From NCBI GenBank assembly GCA_035939775.1, contig DASZFO010000357.1:1-23058 (forward strand): a DNA stretch of 23,058 nucleotides, written 5' to 3'. Shown in pieces: positions 1 to 9,412 of this stretch. This DNA is from Pirellulales bacterium (GTDB lineage Bacteria; Planctomycetota; Planctomycetia; Pirellulales; DATAWG01). A model generated the notes under the pieces. The model was not told the DNA's origin. It did not search any database and was given only the letters and a program-made list of their open reading frames with translations. Both the position numbers and the translations under genes were made by a program. Position 1 is the stretch's first letter. Each line of letters opens with the position of its first letter.

Positions 1-1659
1 GACGTCGGTGGGGGAAGTGCAGTTGATGAGGATGACGCCGTCGACGCCGTCGGGGAAATGGCCGATCGCGCTTTCGAGATCGCCAGCGCGGGAGCCAGGA
101 CCCGAGCCTTCGTCCCAAGACCAGCCCCCGTTCTTGACCCAGCCCGGGTCTGAGCCGTCCCAGCCTAGATTGCCTTTGAACATCACGTCGGTGGTTTGAG
201 GGCCGAGCACTTTTAGCCCTCGAATGCCGCTTAAGAATCGCCCCAAGTCGGCGACCGAGGCATACCATCCCGCCGCTCCGGCCCCCGAGTCGAGGTTCCA
301 GTCGAACGGGTAGCCGGGCCGCTTGTTGCCGAGCTTGAGATAGCCGCACATCGGCTCTTTCGCCTGAAAATGGGTCTCCATTTGGGTGATCCCCATGGGG
401 GCCAGCACGTGCGATTTGACGTATGGCGTGTATTGAACGCGGCCGATCTGCTCGATCACCAGACGGACGATGTAGTAATTGTTGTTCTGATATTCCTCGA
501 ACGTGCCCGGCTTGTGGGCCAGCGGTTGGTTGAGCAGCTTCTCTAGATCTTTGGGGGTGCTAGCATCGTTTCCAGGCTTGAAGCCGCTCCTGTGCCTGAG
601 CAATTGGCGGATGGTGACGCTCTTCACGTCGGCATGGGCTTGGGGGCAGATTTGCTTGATGTGCGGCCAGAACGGATCGTCGAGCGAAAACTTCTGCCCC
701 GTCTCTTCCCACAGCCTGAGCAGGGCGACGGCCGTGACGGTCTTCGAGACGCTGGCCACGCCCATCGGCTTATCGAGCGTCCATTTTAGCGAAGGGTTCA
801 CCTTCTCCCACGGCGCTCGGGCCCAGCCTTCCGCTCCCTCAGCGACAACCTTTCCATTTTGCAAGACCTCGAAGGCGTAGCCCCCCGCCAGTTTGCCATC
901 GCAGGCGCGGTGAATGATGTCCGACCATTTCACAAAATTGTGCGGCCCGCCCTCGGGGGCGACGGCGACCCAGCGCGGCGACTTGCCCTCCTTTTCGAGG
1001 GCTGCGATCTGCTTGGATGCCGGGTGATTCAAGTCGCTGGTCCACCAGCCGTTGTCGGTGAGGCAAAACCACGTGCCGTTCGCTGTGAAGGAGACGCATC
1101 GGATCGTGACGCCATTCGTCACGGCGTTTTTGAGCACTTTGGACAGATCGTCGGGAACGCTCCCATACGAGACGCCGGCCTTGTCGTGCAACAGCACCCA
1201 TGCGCCGTTGGGCCCAAACGCGACCGACTGCAACGTTCCGCCGGCTTTGGCCACCTCCTGTATCTTCTTCAAAGCGGCATCGGGACAATCGGCGACTGCA
1301 TTGCCATTCTGATTCCAGAAGACGGCCCAGCCGCCGTTGGGCGTGAAGGCCAAGCACTTGAACGTGTTCTTTCCCTTTTGCAGTTCAGTCAGTTTCTTGC
1401 AGGCAGGCAGATCGAGGTTGCTGGTGACGAAGCCATTGCCCTCCAACAACACGACCCAGTCGCCGCCGGGAGTGAAGGCGACGTTGTGAAACGTGTGGTC
1501 CTTCTGCAGACTTGCCAGTTCCTTGCAGACGGGCGCGTCGAGACGATTCGTCCAAAACGCATTTCCGCCACCGAAAACGACAAAGTCGCCGGCCGCGCGG
1601 GCCGCTGCCGCGCAAGCCAACCAGATGGAGAACCAGCAGAGGACGAGTCGCCGTTTCAT
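1..1659 (-). CDS. Secreted beta-lactamase-family serine hydrolase (partial; the C-terminus runs off the window start). N-terminal signal peptide, about five ~42-aa tandem repeats, then a beta-lactamase/PBP-like domain
   Basis: Hand translation of the minus strand from ATG at 1659 (MKRRLVLCWFSIWLACAAAARAAGDF...) stays open all the way to position 1. Repeats follow the pattern L-x-AFTP-x-G-x-WV-x-L-x-x-NG. The SxxK active-site motif is present (..KPMGVASVSKTVTAVAL..), with YQN downstream. Not in the ORF track because no stop codon falls inside the window. Confidence 0.7.
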   Translation of the reverse strand, partial: MKRRLVLCWFSIWLACAAAARAAGDFVVFGGGNAFWTNRLDAPVCKELASLQKDHTFHNVAFTPGGDWVVLLEGNGFVTSNLDLPACKKLTELQKGKNTFKCLAFTPNGGWAVFWNQNGNAVADCPDAALKKIQEVAKAGGTLQSVAFGPNGAWVLLHDKAGVSYGSVPDDLSKVLKNAVTNGVTIRCVSFTANGTWFCLTDNGWWTSDLNHPASKQIAALEKEGKSPRWVAVAPEGGPHNFVKWSDIIHRACDGKLAGGYAFEVLQNGKVVAEGAEGWARAPWEKVNPSLKWTLDKPMGVASVSKTVTAVALLRLWEETGQKFSLDDPFWPHIKQICPQAHADVKSVTIRQLLRHRSGFKPGNDASTPKDLEKLLNQPLAHKPGTFEEYQNNNYYIVRLVIEQIGRVQYTPYVKSHVLAPMGITQMETHFQAKEPMCGYLKLGNKRPGYPFDWNLDSGAGAAGWYASVADLGRFLSGIRGLKVLGPQTTDVMFKGNLGWDGSDPGWVKNGGWSWDEGSGPGSRAGDLESAIGHFPDGVDGVILINCTSPTDV

Positions 1660-1679
1660 TGCAATGGTTTCGGCGCGGC

Positions 1680-2555
1680 TCAGTTTGGATACTTCAACCC
1701 GGCCAATTGCGTTTCCGCCTGGTCGAGCAATCGCAGCACACGGGGCAGCTCGGACTCGGACGTGTATTTATAGTCGTCGAGCAGATTCTGAGCTGCACCG
1801 AGAGCATCGAGCTTAGTCGCAAGCAATTGAAGCCGCAACTCATCCTGCGTCAGTTCGACCGAGACATCGAGCAGTTGCCGATTCAATCGGTCGGTGACTT
1901 CGTCCCCGTCCTCGTGCGACTTGCCAAGCTCTTCCTTGCGCATCGCGAGCCGGATCTCCGCCTCGGCCAATTCAGCCTCGGCGTTGTTGACATCGCCTTG
2001 CGACCCTGCCGCGACGTTATGCGCCTCCTGCCGGTATTTAAGAGCATCCTGCCGCGCGGCAACAAGCCTTTTAAGTTGCGCGACAATCTCATCGGTTCCT
2101 GTTCGGTCGTGGGCGTGCTTACTCTGTTCGGCAACTATTCGAGCAATGCTCTCGCGCCGAGCGGTCTTCAACTTCGCTTCAATTTCAAGATTAAACCGAT
2201 CGCGCTCCAATCCGAGAAGGATCGGGGCGACGTTTTCCGGACTCAGCCCGCATGTTTTCTGCACGGCATGGCGCAATTCTCTTTGCTTTTCCCGGAGTTC
2301 ATCCGCCCGCTGCTTCAACTCCTGCACCTGGGTCTCGTCCGATTTGATGGCTGCGTCGCGGAGAGTGTCCACCGGCGCGGAATCGGCATGCTGCTTATTC
2401 TCCGGCTTTTCGGATCGCTCTTGACCGCAAACTAATGGCCCGGCGGACAACAGCACCATGCCGACCAGAGAGATGGCTCCAACGGGAAATAGCTTTAACA
2501 ACGACCGGATCGACGGATACTGACACTTTACAGATCTGGCAAACATGCGTGGCAT
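1680..2555 (-). CDS. Membrane-anchored coiled-coil protein (hypothetical)
   Basis: ORF 1680..2582. The preferred start is ATG at 2555 (MPRMFARS..) with AAGGA 8 nt upstream. One N-terminal TM helix is followed by a long heptad-like, charged coiled-coil region. Only 20 bp separate it from the downstream serine hydrolase gene. Confidence 0.55.
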   Translation of the reverse strand: MPRMFARSVKCQYPSIRSLLKLFPVGAISLVGMVLLSAGPLVCGQERSEKPENKQHADSAPVDTLRDAAIKSDETQVQELKQRADELREKQRELRHAVQKTCGLSPENVAPILLGLERDRFNLEIEAKLKTARRESIARIVAEQSKHAHDRTGTDEIVAQLKRLVAARQDALKYRQEAHNVAAGSQGDVNNAEAELAEAEIRLAMRKEELGKSHEDGDEVTDRLNRQLLDVSVELTQDELRLQLLATKLDALGAAQNLLDDYKYTSESELPRVLRLLDQAETQLAGLKYPN

Positions 2556-2578
2556 GGGAATCGTCCTTTGCGAGGGGT

Positions 2579-3154
2579 TCAAGGATTAGCTCCGGCCAGC
2601 CGTTGTTTGGCTTCGGCGGACCACGGAGTATGCGGAAACAAATCGATCACGGACGCATAGTCTTCTCGGGCCGATGCGACGAGTTCCGGCCGCAATCGCT
2701 TCGCATCCGCCGTGACCAGAATGGCCATTGCCGCGCGACCTACTTGCTCGTCGATGCGGCTTTGACGGTCGGGAATCGAATCCAACTGCCGTGCCATCGT
2801 CGCCAGCTTGCGCTGGCGTTCAGCGACGAGCAGCCGATCGAGAATCCGTTGCTCGATATCAACTTGCTTCAAGGCCAGCCGCAATTCGTTGGGCGCGGGA
2901 GCGTTGTCCACTTTGGTGATTTGGCGATCATCGTCAGGCGGTTGTTGCCAAGGGGGCTCGCGAATCACGCGAACGCCTTGCCAGATCGAGGTCGCTACGA
3001 CGAGAAGCCCCACCGAAGCGACGACTCGATTGCGGCGCTTTCGCCGCTGATGCAATGCCCGCACTGTGTTCGCCAACTCCAGCGGGCAGGTGCTCGGCGC
3101 CACCGGTGCGGCATCGACTTCGGCCAGCAGTGCCTTGAGTGAATCGTCGCGCAC
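2579..3154 (-). CDS. Putative anti-sigma factor (single-pass membrane protein) cognate to the upstream ECF sigma
   Basis: GTG start 8 bp after the stop of the ECF sigma gene. It overlaps the next gene by 4 bp. A cytoplasmic N-terminus, an RRKRR stretch and one TM helix (VVASVGLLVVATSIW) are followed by a C-terminal domain. Position immediately after an ECF sigma gene is the classic context. Confidence 0.45.
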   Translation of the reverse strand: MRDDSLKALLAEVDAAPVAPSTCPLELANTVRALHQRRKRRNRVVASVGLLVVATSIWQGVRVIREPPWQQPPDDDRQITKVDNAPAPNELRLALKQVDIEQRILDRLLVAERQRKLATMARQLDSIPDRQSRIDEQVGRAAMAILVTADAKRLRPELVASAREDYASVIDLFPHTPWSAEAKQRLAGANP

Positions 3155-3162
3155 GGTTGCAA

Positions 3163-3762
3163 CTACTCCATCAGATCGGCCAAAAGTTCTTCCAATTGGC
3201 GGCGGGCGCGATGGAGGCGCACCTCCACCGTATTGCGATGCGCGCCGACGATTACTGCAATCTGCTCCACGCTCATTTGCTCCAAGTAGTGCAGCACGAT
3301 CACCTCACGGTAGCTCGCCCCTAGCGACTTGATCGCCTCTCGCACTCGGCCGCCGCGCTCGGCAGCGGCCAGCGAATCCTCCATCATCGCTCGCGGCTCT
3401 TCGGGCGGCGTCGCAGAGAGCCAACTGAACCAGCGCCGGCGAACCGCTTCCCGGCGAAGGCGGCTGCGGCATTTGTTGGTCGCGATTCGCTTCAGCCATA
3501 GGTCCGGGCTTTCCTTGTCACGAACGCGTTCCCACGCCGCCCAAGCCGACAAAAACACCTCCTGGACGACATCCTCGGCTTCGTCGCGCCATCCAAGCAA
3601 TCGGTAAACCAACCGCCGGATCGGTTCGTGGTGCTCGACCACCATCCGATCGAAGGCATCGCGGGCCATTGCAGGCGTGCCATCGGACAGTTCCATGTGG
3701 CAATACAGCGCCTGCGTGGGTTTTCGCTGCGACAAGTCCGCGACGGCGGTTTCGGAATGCAT
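3163..3762 (-). CDS. ECF-type RNA polymerase sigma factor (sigma-70 regions 2 and 4)
   Basis: Region 2 (RRLVYRLLGWRDEAEDVVQEVFLSAW) and region 4 HTH (YREVIVLHYLEQMSVEQIAVIVGAHRNTVEVRLHRARRQL) are recognisable. The track ORF extends to 3876, but a ~200-aa ECF sigma implies an internal start. Candidate ATGs are at 3783, 3762 and 3696; the exact start is uncertain. Confidence 0.8.
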   Translation of the reverse strand: MHSETAVADLSQRKPTQALYCHMELSDGTPAMARDAFDRMVVEHHEPIRRLVYRLLGWRDEAEDVVQEVFLSAWAAWERVRDKESPDLWLKRIATNKCRSRLRREAVRRRWFSWLSATPPEEPRAMMEDSLAAAERGGRVREAIKSLGASYREVIVLHYLEQMSVEQIAVIVGAHRNTVEVRLHRARRQLEELLADLME

Positions 3763-3920
3763 CGAGTCCGTTGCTGCCCCCATACTTATAGACGCCGAAA
3801 GGACCGATTGCTTACAAGAAACCATCGGATTTGGCGCCGGGGTGCAATTTGAGAGGCACAAAATAGCCCGCTGCAAATTTCACAACGGTTTTCAAGACGC
3901 AGGCCGTTCGCGAGACGACT

Positions 3921-6671
3921 CTACAAATGATGGCCGACAGACTTGAGCGCCAATCGGTCAGCGTTGTCTTGTCCAGCGCCCACGGCAATGAGATCGAGGA
4001 GCGAATCATCCTCCGCGGTGGTTGTGACGCCACCGCTTGCGAAGACGGCGTCCGTCGCCGCACAGAGGTCCGCCCGCGCAACCGAGTTGCCGCTTATGTT
4101 TGCGACCGCTTTTGAGTCTGCGGACTCGGCGTTACGATTCGAGACCTGCGATTCGGTTGTCGCCGTAGTATCCGACTGCGCCGCGGAGCTAGATAGACGA
4201 TGCAGACTCGACTGCGACGGCAATGCTGAGTCGGATAGCCAACCGAGCGCCGGCGATGAACCAGACGGAAGGAATGCGCTGGATGCTTCGGGTGATGTCG
4301 AGATTGAAGGCGAGACACCACTCGCAAGTGGGGCGGAAGTCGTCGCCGTGGTGGATTCCGCTGCCAAGCTTGCCGCCGAAACGCCACTGCTTTCAACGGC
4401 TGCCGTGCCGATCAAGCCCTGTGCGCCGCTAGCGATTGCGGCGGCTGTCAGAGGGTTCCCGGAGGAGTCCGAAGCGGCAATCGTCACCGTGGCCGGATTG
4501 GTAGCGTCGCCGCCGATCACGAGACTTCCCTGAATGATGTGGTTGGCGGTCAAACTTGCGCCAGAGTTGACCACAACGTTTCCGGACCCGTCGATTCCGC
4601 CGACTACTTGATTCACGCCGGTGACCAGCACGCCGCCGGGCGAAACGCTGTTGTTTGTGATGTTCGTCGTGTTGCCGGTGGCGACCGTCGAACCATCTAG
4701 CACAACGACGCCCGTCGAGCCTACCGTCGCGCTGACCGCCGGCGCCGTTTGGCTGCCGCCAATCACAAGAGTTCCAGTGGCTGTGGTCGTCGCATAGTCC
4801 GGATTGTTGCTCGTAAAGGTCGCCGACACTGCGTACGAGCCGGCAGCCGAAGGCGGATTGGTGGAGCCGTCGTAAGTCACGGCAAAACTCCCGTCGATCG
4901 GCGTAACGCCGTCAATGCCCAGTGCAGTGACGGTGGCGGCATGGGCCGTGCCATCATCGGTGAACGGACCACCGTCGATGATGATCGTGGGCGTGGCCGG
5001 CACGATCGCGAGCGTTCCCGTCCCGACGGCGTTGCCGTAATTAGGATCGCTGCTGGTAAACGTGGCCTGGACGATGTACGAGCCGACCTCGGCGTACTCA
5101 CCCGACGAAAGAGCGGTCGGAACCTGAACCGGAGCGTATTGGAACGAGAACGTTCCGGCCAGCGGAGTGACGCCGTCGGACCCGTAGGCGACGGCGGCGG
5201 TCGCGCCATGCGTATTGCCGTCGAAAGCAAAACTGCCTCCCGCGACCACAACAGTCGGCAACGCGAGCACGTGGACCGAGAGCGGGCCACTGGTCACCGA
5301 ACCGAGGCTATTGGTTGCAGTGAAGGTGGCAGTGAACGTGGTCGCGTCGGCGGTCGTTGGCGAAATCGAAATCACTCCAGAATTCGGATCGATCGATACG
5401 GAACTCGGCCCACTGGCGACGGAATAGATCGGCGCCGGATTGCCGGACCCCATTACACTGATCTGCACCGTTTGTCCCACGGTCACGTTGACCGGCGAGC
5501 TGCCCATCCACAGGGCGCCATTGAGCAGGAAATACTGGTTCAAGGCTGGCGCGTAAAGCGGCGCGCCGCTGGTGAGGGTGGAATAGGGAGACGACACTCC
5601 GTTGAGCACCGACGTGACGACGTAGGAATGGCTGGGCGCGATTCCACCCGCGTGCGCCGCGGCAAGACCGGTGATCGTGGCAGACGATGTCGTCAAGCCG
5701 CTTGCCACGAGGTTATAGGTGTAATAACCCCCACGGCTCCCTTTGCCGCCGCCGGCGGTGTGCAAAACCTTCTCGTAAATGTTGTACGTCGGCGTGGCGC
5801 CTGCCGGCTCCAAGACCGGATTCCAGGCGATTGTCACCGAAGTGGTCGACGCCCCTGTTACGGTGACTCCCGTGGGAATCGTATTGATCGAGACGGTCGT
5901 GGTCGCCGACGTGTTAGCGTAATTAGGATCGGCGCTTGCGAAGCTGGCCACAACAGCGTACGAGCCGGGATTGGTCGGCGGCGTCGACGAACCGTTATAC
6001 GTAAACGAAAAACTGCCGCTGACCGGCGTCACTCCGTCGACTCCAACGTCCGTCGCCACGGCCGGGTGAGGATTGGCATCGAAACTGAATGTTCCGCCGG
6101 TCAAGGTAACCCTGGGTGTTGCCTGGGCGATGACCATCGTCGAAGTTTCAGTTCCGTTCGAGTAGCTCGGATCGCTGCTCGTGAACGTGGCGACGACCGT
6201 ATAGCTGCCGGCGTTTGTCGGCGGATCGGAAGAACCATTGTACGTGTAGGTGAAGCTGCCGCTGATGAGAAAGTCTTGCGAATTCGCTGCCGTTGCGATT
6301 GCGCCGTGCGCGAAGCCATCGTAGACGAACGGACCGTCGTAGATGGATATGTCGGGCTCTTGTAGTTGTTGCTGGTCCGCGGATGAACTGCTTCCCGCCG
6401 CCGCGGAAGCATGCGCCGTCGGACTATTGACGCCAGCAGCGGCGGTGCCGCCAGCAGTTGAGCCGGACGTGTGGGCGGCGAGCGCGCGAGACGAATGCGT
6501 CGTCGCACTGACAAGGGCTGGCCCCGCGATCCCGGACAGCTTCGTCAACAAATCGCGGCGTTCGAGGGGCTCAGAAATAAGCTGCGGCTTCGACCTGCGA
6601 GATGTCCCGCGCGACTTGTCGCGCCGATTTGCACTTCGACCGAGAAACTTCCGACGGATGTGATCTGGCAT
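3921..6671 (-). CDS. Giant secreted adhesin-like protein with MBG repeats, an FN3-like and Ig-like domain, a beta-strand repeat region and a Ser/Thr-rich tail
   Basis: 916 aa. At least five MBG-type units (G-x-F-x-(Y/F)DG-x-x-H..SG-x-F-x-x-TY-x-GS..PP..AGSY-x-V-x-ATFTS-x-(D/N)P-x-Y). Also an FN3-like segment (TGVTVTGASTTSVTIAWNPV), an Ig-like segment and G/N/V-rich beta-strand repeats. The N-terminus is basic and carries 'EPLERRDLL', resembling the Planctomycete N-terminal sorting motif. Confidence 0.8.
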   Translation of the reverse strand: MPDHIRRKFLGRSANRRDKSRGTSRRSKPQLISEPLERRDLLTKLSGIAGPALVSATTHSSRALAAHTSGSTAGGTAAAGVNSPTAHASAAAGSSSSADQQQLQEPDISIYDGPFVYDGFAHGAIATAANSQDFLISGSFTYTYNGSSDPPTNAGSYTVVATFTSSDPSYSNGTETSTMVIAQATPRVTLTGGTFSFDANPHPAVATDVGVDGVTPVSGSFSFTYNGSSTPPTNPGSYAVVASFASADPNYANTSATTTVSINTIPTGVTVTGASTTSVTIAWNPVLEPAGATPTYNIYEKVLHTAGGGKGSRGGYYTYNLVASGLTTSSATITGLAAAHAGGIAPSHSYVVTSVLNGVSSPYSTLTSGAPLYAPALNQYFLLNGALWMGSSPVNVTVGQTVQISVMGSGNPAPIYSVASGPSSVSIDPNSGVISISPTTADATTFTATFTATNSLGSVTSGPLSVHVLALPTVVVAGGSFAFDGNTHGATAAVAYGSDGVTPLAGTFSFQYAPVQVPTALSSGEYAEVGSYIVQATFTSSDPNYGNAVGTGTLAIVPATPTIIIDGGPFTDDGTAHAATVTALGIDGVTPIDGSFAVTYDGSTNPPSAAGSYAVSATFTSNNPDYATTTATGTLVIGGSQTAPAVSATVGSTGVVVLDGSTVATGNTTNITNNSVSPGGVLVTGVNQVVGGIDGSGNVVVNSGASLTANHIIQGSLVIGGDATNPATVTIAASDSSGNPLTAAAIASGAQGLIGTAAVESSGVSAASLAAESTTATTSAPLASGVSPSISTSPEASSAFLPSGSSPALGWLSDSALPSQSSLHRLSSSAAQSDTTATTESQVSNRNAESADSKAVANISGNSVARADLCAATDAVFASGGVTTTAEDDSLLDLIAVGAGQDNADRLALKSVGHHL

Positions 6672-7024
6672 GGCAGAATCTCCCGACCCGACTGGGTCAA
6701 AGCTCGCCGCCGCATTGCACTACCGCCCCCGGTCCCGCCAGCATACGATTTCGGACGGGACTTGGGAAGCAAGAAGGCCCCCCAAATGAGAGGGGTATAT
6801 GTCAAATCCGCCGTTGACGCGCGATGGCCGCGGACAATTTACGCTAACTATTTGACTTCCAATGGGTTCTGGTTCATCATACGAGGCGGCGAATGCTGCC
6901 CAGAGCCAATTATCTCCGCGTCCCGGCGAACTAGGTTCGGGCAAATCGTCCACATCTCGCTCGACGAGCGCCCAGTTTTTCTCGGCCGCTCGTCCGTAGG
7001 GGGTTCCGAAAAGGAGGCCCGGCT

Positions 7025-7720
7025 ATGGAAACATTATTTCTTGTTTGCGCCATCGTCGGTGGAACGCTCGTCGTCTGCCAGTTCCTGATGACGGTTATCG
7101 GCTTCGCAGGACATGGCACGGACCTGCACAGTGGCGACATGCACGGCGGCGGCTTTGACTCGGCCGCCGGTCACGTCGGTGAATTGCACGGCGGCGACGC
7201 GCACGGCGGCGAAGTCCAACATGAAACGCAGCACGCAAACTCGGCCAGTCCCGGTGTGACCGCGCATTCCGCGCCGATCCACGGATCTCAATCGCTCCCG
7301 CGGGCCGCCGACTGGTTCTTTGGCGTGCTCTCGTTTCGCACGGTCGTGGCCTTCGTGGCGTTGTTCGGCGTCGGTGGTAAAGCCGCGCTCGGCGCCGGCT
7401 TGGATCCGGTTGCAACCCTGGCGATCGCGATCGGCTCAGGCGTCGCCGCGATGTATGCCGTGCATGGCTTGATGCGCGGCTTGAAATCGCTCGACACCGA
7501 CCGCACGATGCGGATCGAGCGGGCAATCGGCCAACCGGGCACGGTCTATTTGTCGATCCCCGCGCATCGCTCCGGATCGGGAAAGATCCAATTGACATTG
7601 CAAAACCGGCTCGACGAACTCGAAGCCGTCACGGCCGGCGAACGCCTTCCGGACGGCGCCAAAATAAAAGTGGTCAGCATCATCGGCCCGGGGACCGTCG
7701 AAGTCGAATCGCTAGCGTAG
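7025..7720 (+). CDS. NfeD/YqiJ-like membrane protein (flotillin partner) with a His/Gly/Asp-rich insert
   Basis: AAAAGGAGG Shine-Dalgarno 7 nt upstream. N-terminal TM helix, hydrophobic middle, and a C-terminal OB-fold-like beta region (KIKVVSIIGPGTVEVESL). Sits immediately upstream of the flotillin gene. Insert: HGTDLHSGDMHGGGFDSAAGHVGELHGGDAHGGEVQHETQH. Confidence 0.75.
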   Translation: METLFLVCAIVGGTLVVCQFLMTVIGFAGHGTDLHSGDMHGGGFDSAAGHVGELHGGDAHGGEVQHETQHANSASPGVTAHSAPIHGSQSLPRAADWFFGVLSFRTVVAFVALFGVGGKAALGAGLDPVATLAIAIGSGVAAMYAVHGLMRGLKSLDTDRTMRIERAIGQPGTVYLSIPAHRSGSGKIQLTLQNRLDELEAVTAGERLPDGAKIKVVSIIGPGTVEVESLA

Positions 7721-7753
7721 CTGGCGGAATCATCCACTCTGAGGAGCAACAAA

Positions 7754-9412
7754 GTGTCTACCTTGTTTTCCGTCGCGATCGAACCCGGCAGCACCGAGTT
7801 TTGGGGCACCGTCGCCGTGGCGCTCATCGCGCTCATGTTCTTCAGTTTCGTGATCTTGCTGACCCGCCGCTACAAGCGCTGCCCGAGCAACCGGGTGTTA
7901 GTGATCTTCGGCAAGGCGGGGCGCGGCGGTGAGGCCGCACAATGCATTCACGGCGGGGCGAAATTCGTCTGGCCCCTGATCCAGGACTTCGCGTATCTGA
8001 ACCTGGAGCCGATGCAGATCGAAATCCCGCTCCGCGGCGCGCTGTCGATGGAGAATATCCGGGTGAACGTGCCCAGCGTGTTCACCGTGGCGATCGGCAC
8101 CACGCCGGAGGTGATGAGCAACGCCGCGATCCGCCTCTTGGGCCTCGGGTCCAAGGAGATCGAGAAGCAGGCCGTCGAAATCATCTTCGGCCAAATGCGG
8201 CAAGTGATCGCTTCGATGAAAATCGAAGACATCAACCGCGACCGCGACACGTTCCTGCACCACGTCCAGAGTTCGCTCGAGCCGGAGCTGAAGAAGGTCG
8301 GCCTGGTGCTAATCAATGTGAACATCACTGATATCACCGACGAGAGCGGCTATATCGACGCGATCGGTCAGAAGGCCGCGTCGCAAGCGATCCAGCAGGC
8401 CCGCGGCGACGTGGCCGAGCAACTTCGCCTCGGCGAGAGCCGCGTGGCCGAGGCCGAGCGCGACAAGTCGATCCAGGTGGCCAACGCCAAGAAAGACCAG
8501 CAGATCGGCATGCACGATGCCGATCGGGCTCAGGCCGTTCGGCTGGCCGAGTTGGAGAAAGAACAGAAGTTTGGCGAGCAGACCGCGGCCTTCCAGCGCG
8601 ACGCCCAGATCAAAGGCGCCCAGCAGACGATGCGCATTGCCATGGCCGATGCAGAGGCCCAGGCCGTCGCCGGCGAGAACGAGGCCCAGGCCCGGATCGC
8701 CGGCTCGCAAGCCACGCTGGCCGTGAAGCAGGCCGAGGCCTTCCAACTCGGCGAAAGCCGCAAACGCGAAGCCGAGGCCGCCGTGCAGGAAATCCAGAAC
8801 CGGGCCATGGCGAAGGCGGCCATCGCGTCGGCCGAGCGAGTCGAAGCCGAGCGGCGCGCGGCGGTCGAAGCCCCGGCCAAGGCCGAGAAGGCGCGGATCG
8901 TTGTTGACGCTGAGGCCGAGGCCGAAAAGCGGCGGATCGTCGCCCAAGGCGAGGCCTCCGCGATCTTCGCCAAGCTGGAAGCCGAAGCCCGCGGCCAGTT
9001 CGAAATCCTCGCCAAGAAAGGGGACGGCCTGCGGCGGATCATCGAAGCCTGCGGCGGGGCCAAAGAAGCCTTCCAACTCCTGCTGCTCGAGCACTTCGAC
9101 AACCTGGTCGCCGCTTCAGCCACCGCCATCTCGAATATCAAGTTCGACAAGGTGGTGGTCTGGGAAAGTGGCGACAAGAACACCACCGCGACCGCCAATT
9201 TCCTACACGGCATGGCCCGCACTATGCCTCCGATGATGCAAGTGATGAAAGACATCGGCGGCGTCGAATTCCCCGAAGCCCTGATGAAATTCGTCAGCGA
9301 CAGCCCGGCCGATGGCCACGCCTCGCGCCCGGTGCCCGCGCCGCCAATCGACGGCAACGGCGCGCCGGCAGCGGCGCCGCCAGCAGCGCCGCCGTCAGGT
9401 CCAGCTAAGTAG
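7754..9412 (+). CDS. Flotillin-like SPFH/band-7 protein (FloT/YqiK family)
   Basis: GTG start with GAGGAG 7 nt upstream. N-terminal TM helix, SPFH domain (NRVLVIFGKAGRGG..KFVWPLIQDFAYLNLEPMQIEIPL..), a long EA/AQ-rich coiled-coil 'flotillin' region, and a Pro/Ala-rich C-terminal tail. Confidence 0.9.
   Translation: MSTLFSVAIEPGSTEFWGTVAVALIALMFFSFVILLTRRYKRCPSNRVLVIFGKAGRGGEAAQCIHGGAKFVWPLIQDFAYLNLEPMQIEIPLRGALSMENIRVNVPSVFTVAIGTTPEVMSNAAIRLLGLGSKEIEKQAVEIIFGQMRQVIASMKIEDINRDRDTFLHHVQSSLEPELKKVGLVLINVNITDITDESGYIDAIGQKAASQAIQQARGDVAEQLRLGESRVAEAERDKSIQVANAKKDQQIGMHDADRAQAVRLAELEKEQKFGEQTAAFQRDAQIKGAQQTMRIAMADAEAQAVAGENEAQARIAGSQATLAVKQAEAFQLGESRKREAEAAVQEIQNRAMAKAAIASAERVEAERRAAVEAPAKAEKARIVVDAEAEAEKRRIVAQGEASAIFAKLEAEARGQFEILAKKGDGLRRIIEACGGAKEAFQLLLLEHFDNLVAASATAISNIKFDKVVVWESGDKNTTATANFLHGMARTMPPMMQVMKDIGGVEFPEALMKFVSDSPADGHASRPVPAPPIDGNGAPAAAPPAAPPSGPAK

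Noticed and set aside
859-2435. Plus-strand ORFs 859..1773 (304 aa) and 1512..2435 (307 aa)
   Set aside because: They lie opposite the hand-verified serine hydrolase gene and the coiled-coil gene. Both are Arg-rich and low-complexity, with no signal or motifs.
4749-6365. 538-aa plus-strand ORF (Arg/Gly/Asp-rich)
   Set aside because: Antisense shadow of the 916-aa MBG protein gene in high-GC DNA. Its composition (R-rich, no hydrophobic core, no motifs) is typical of a non-coding frame.
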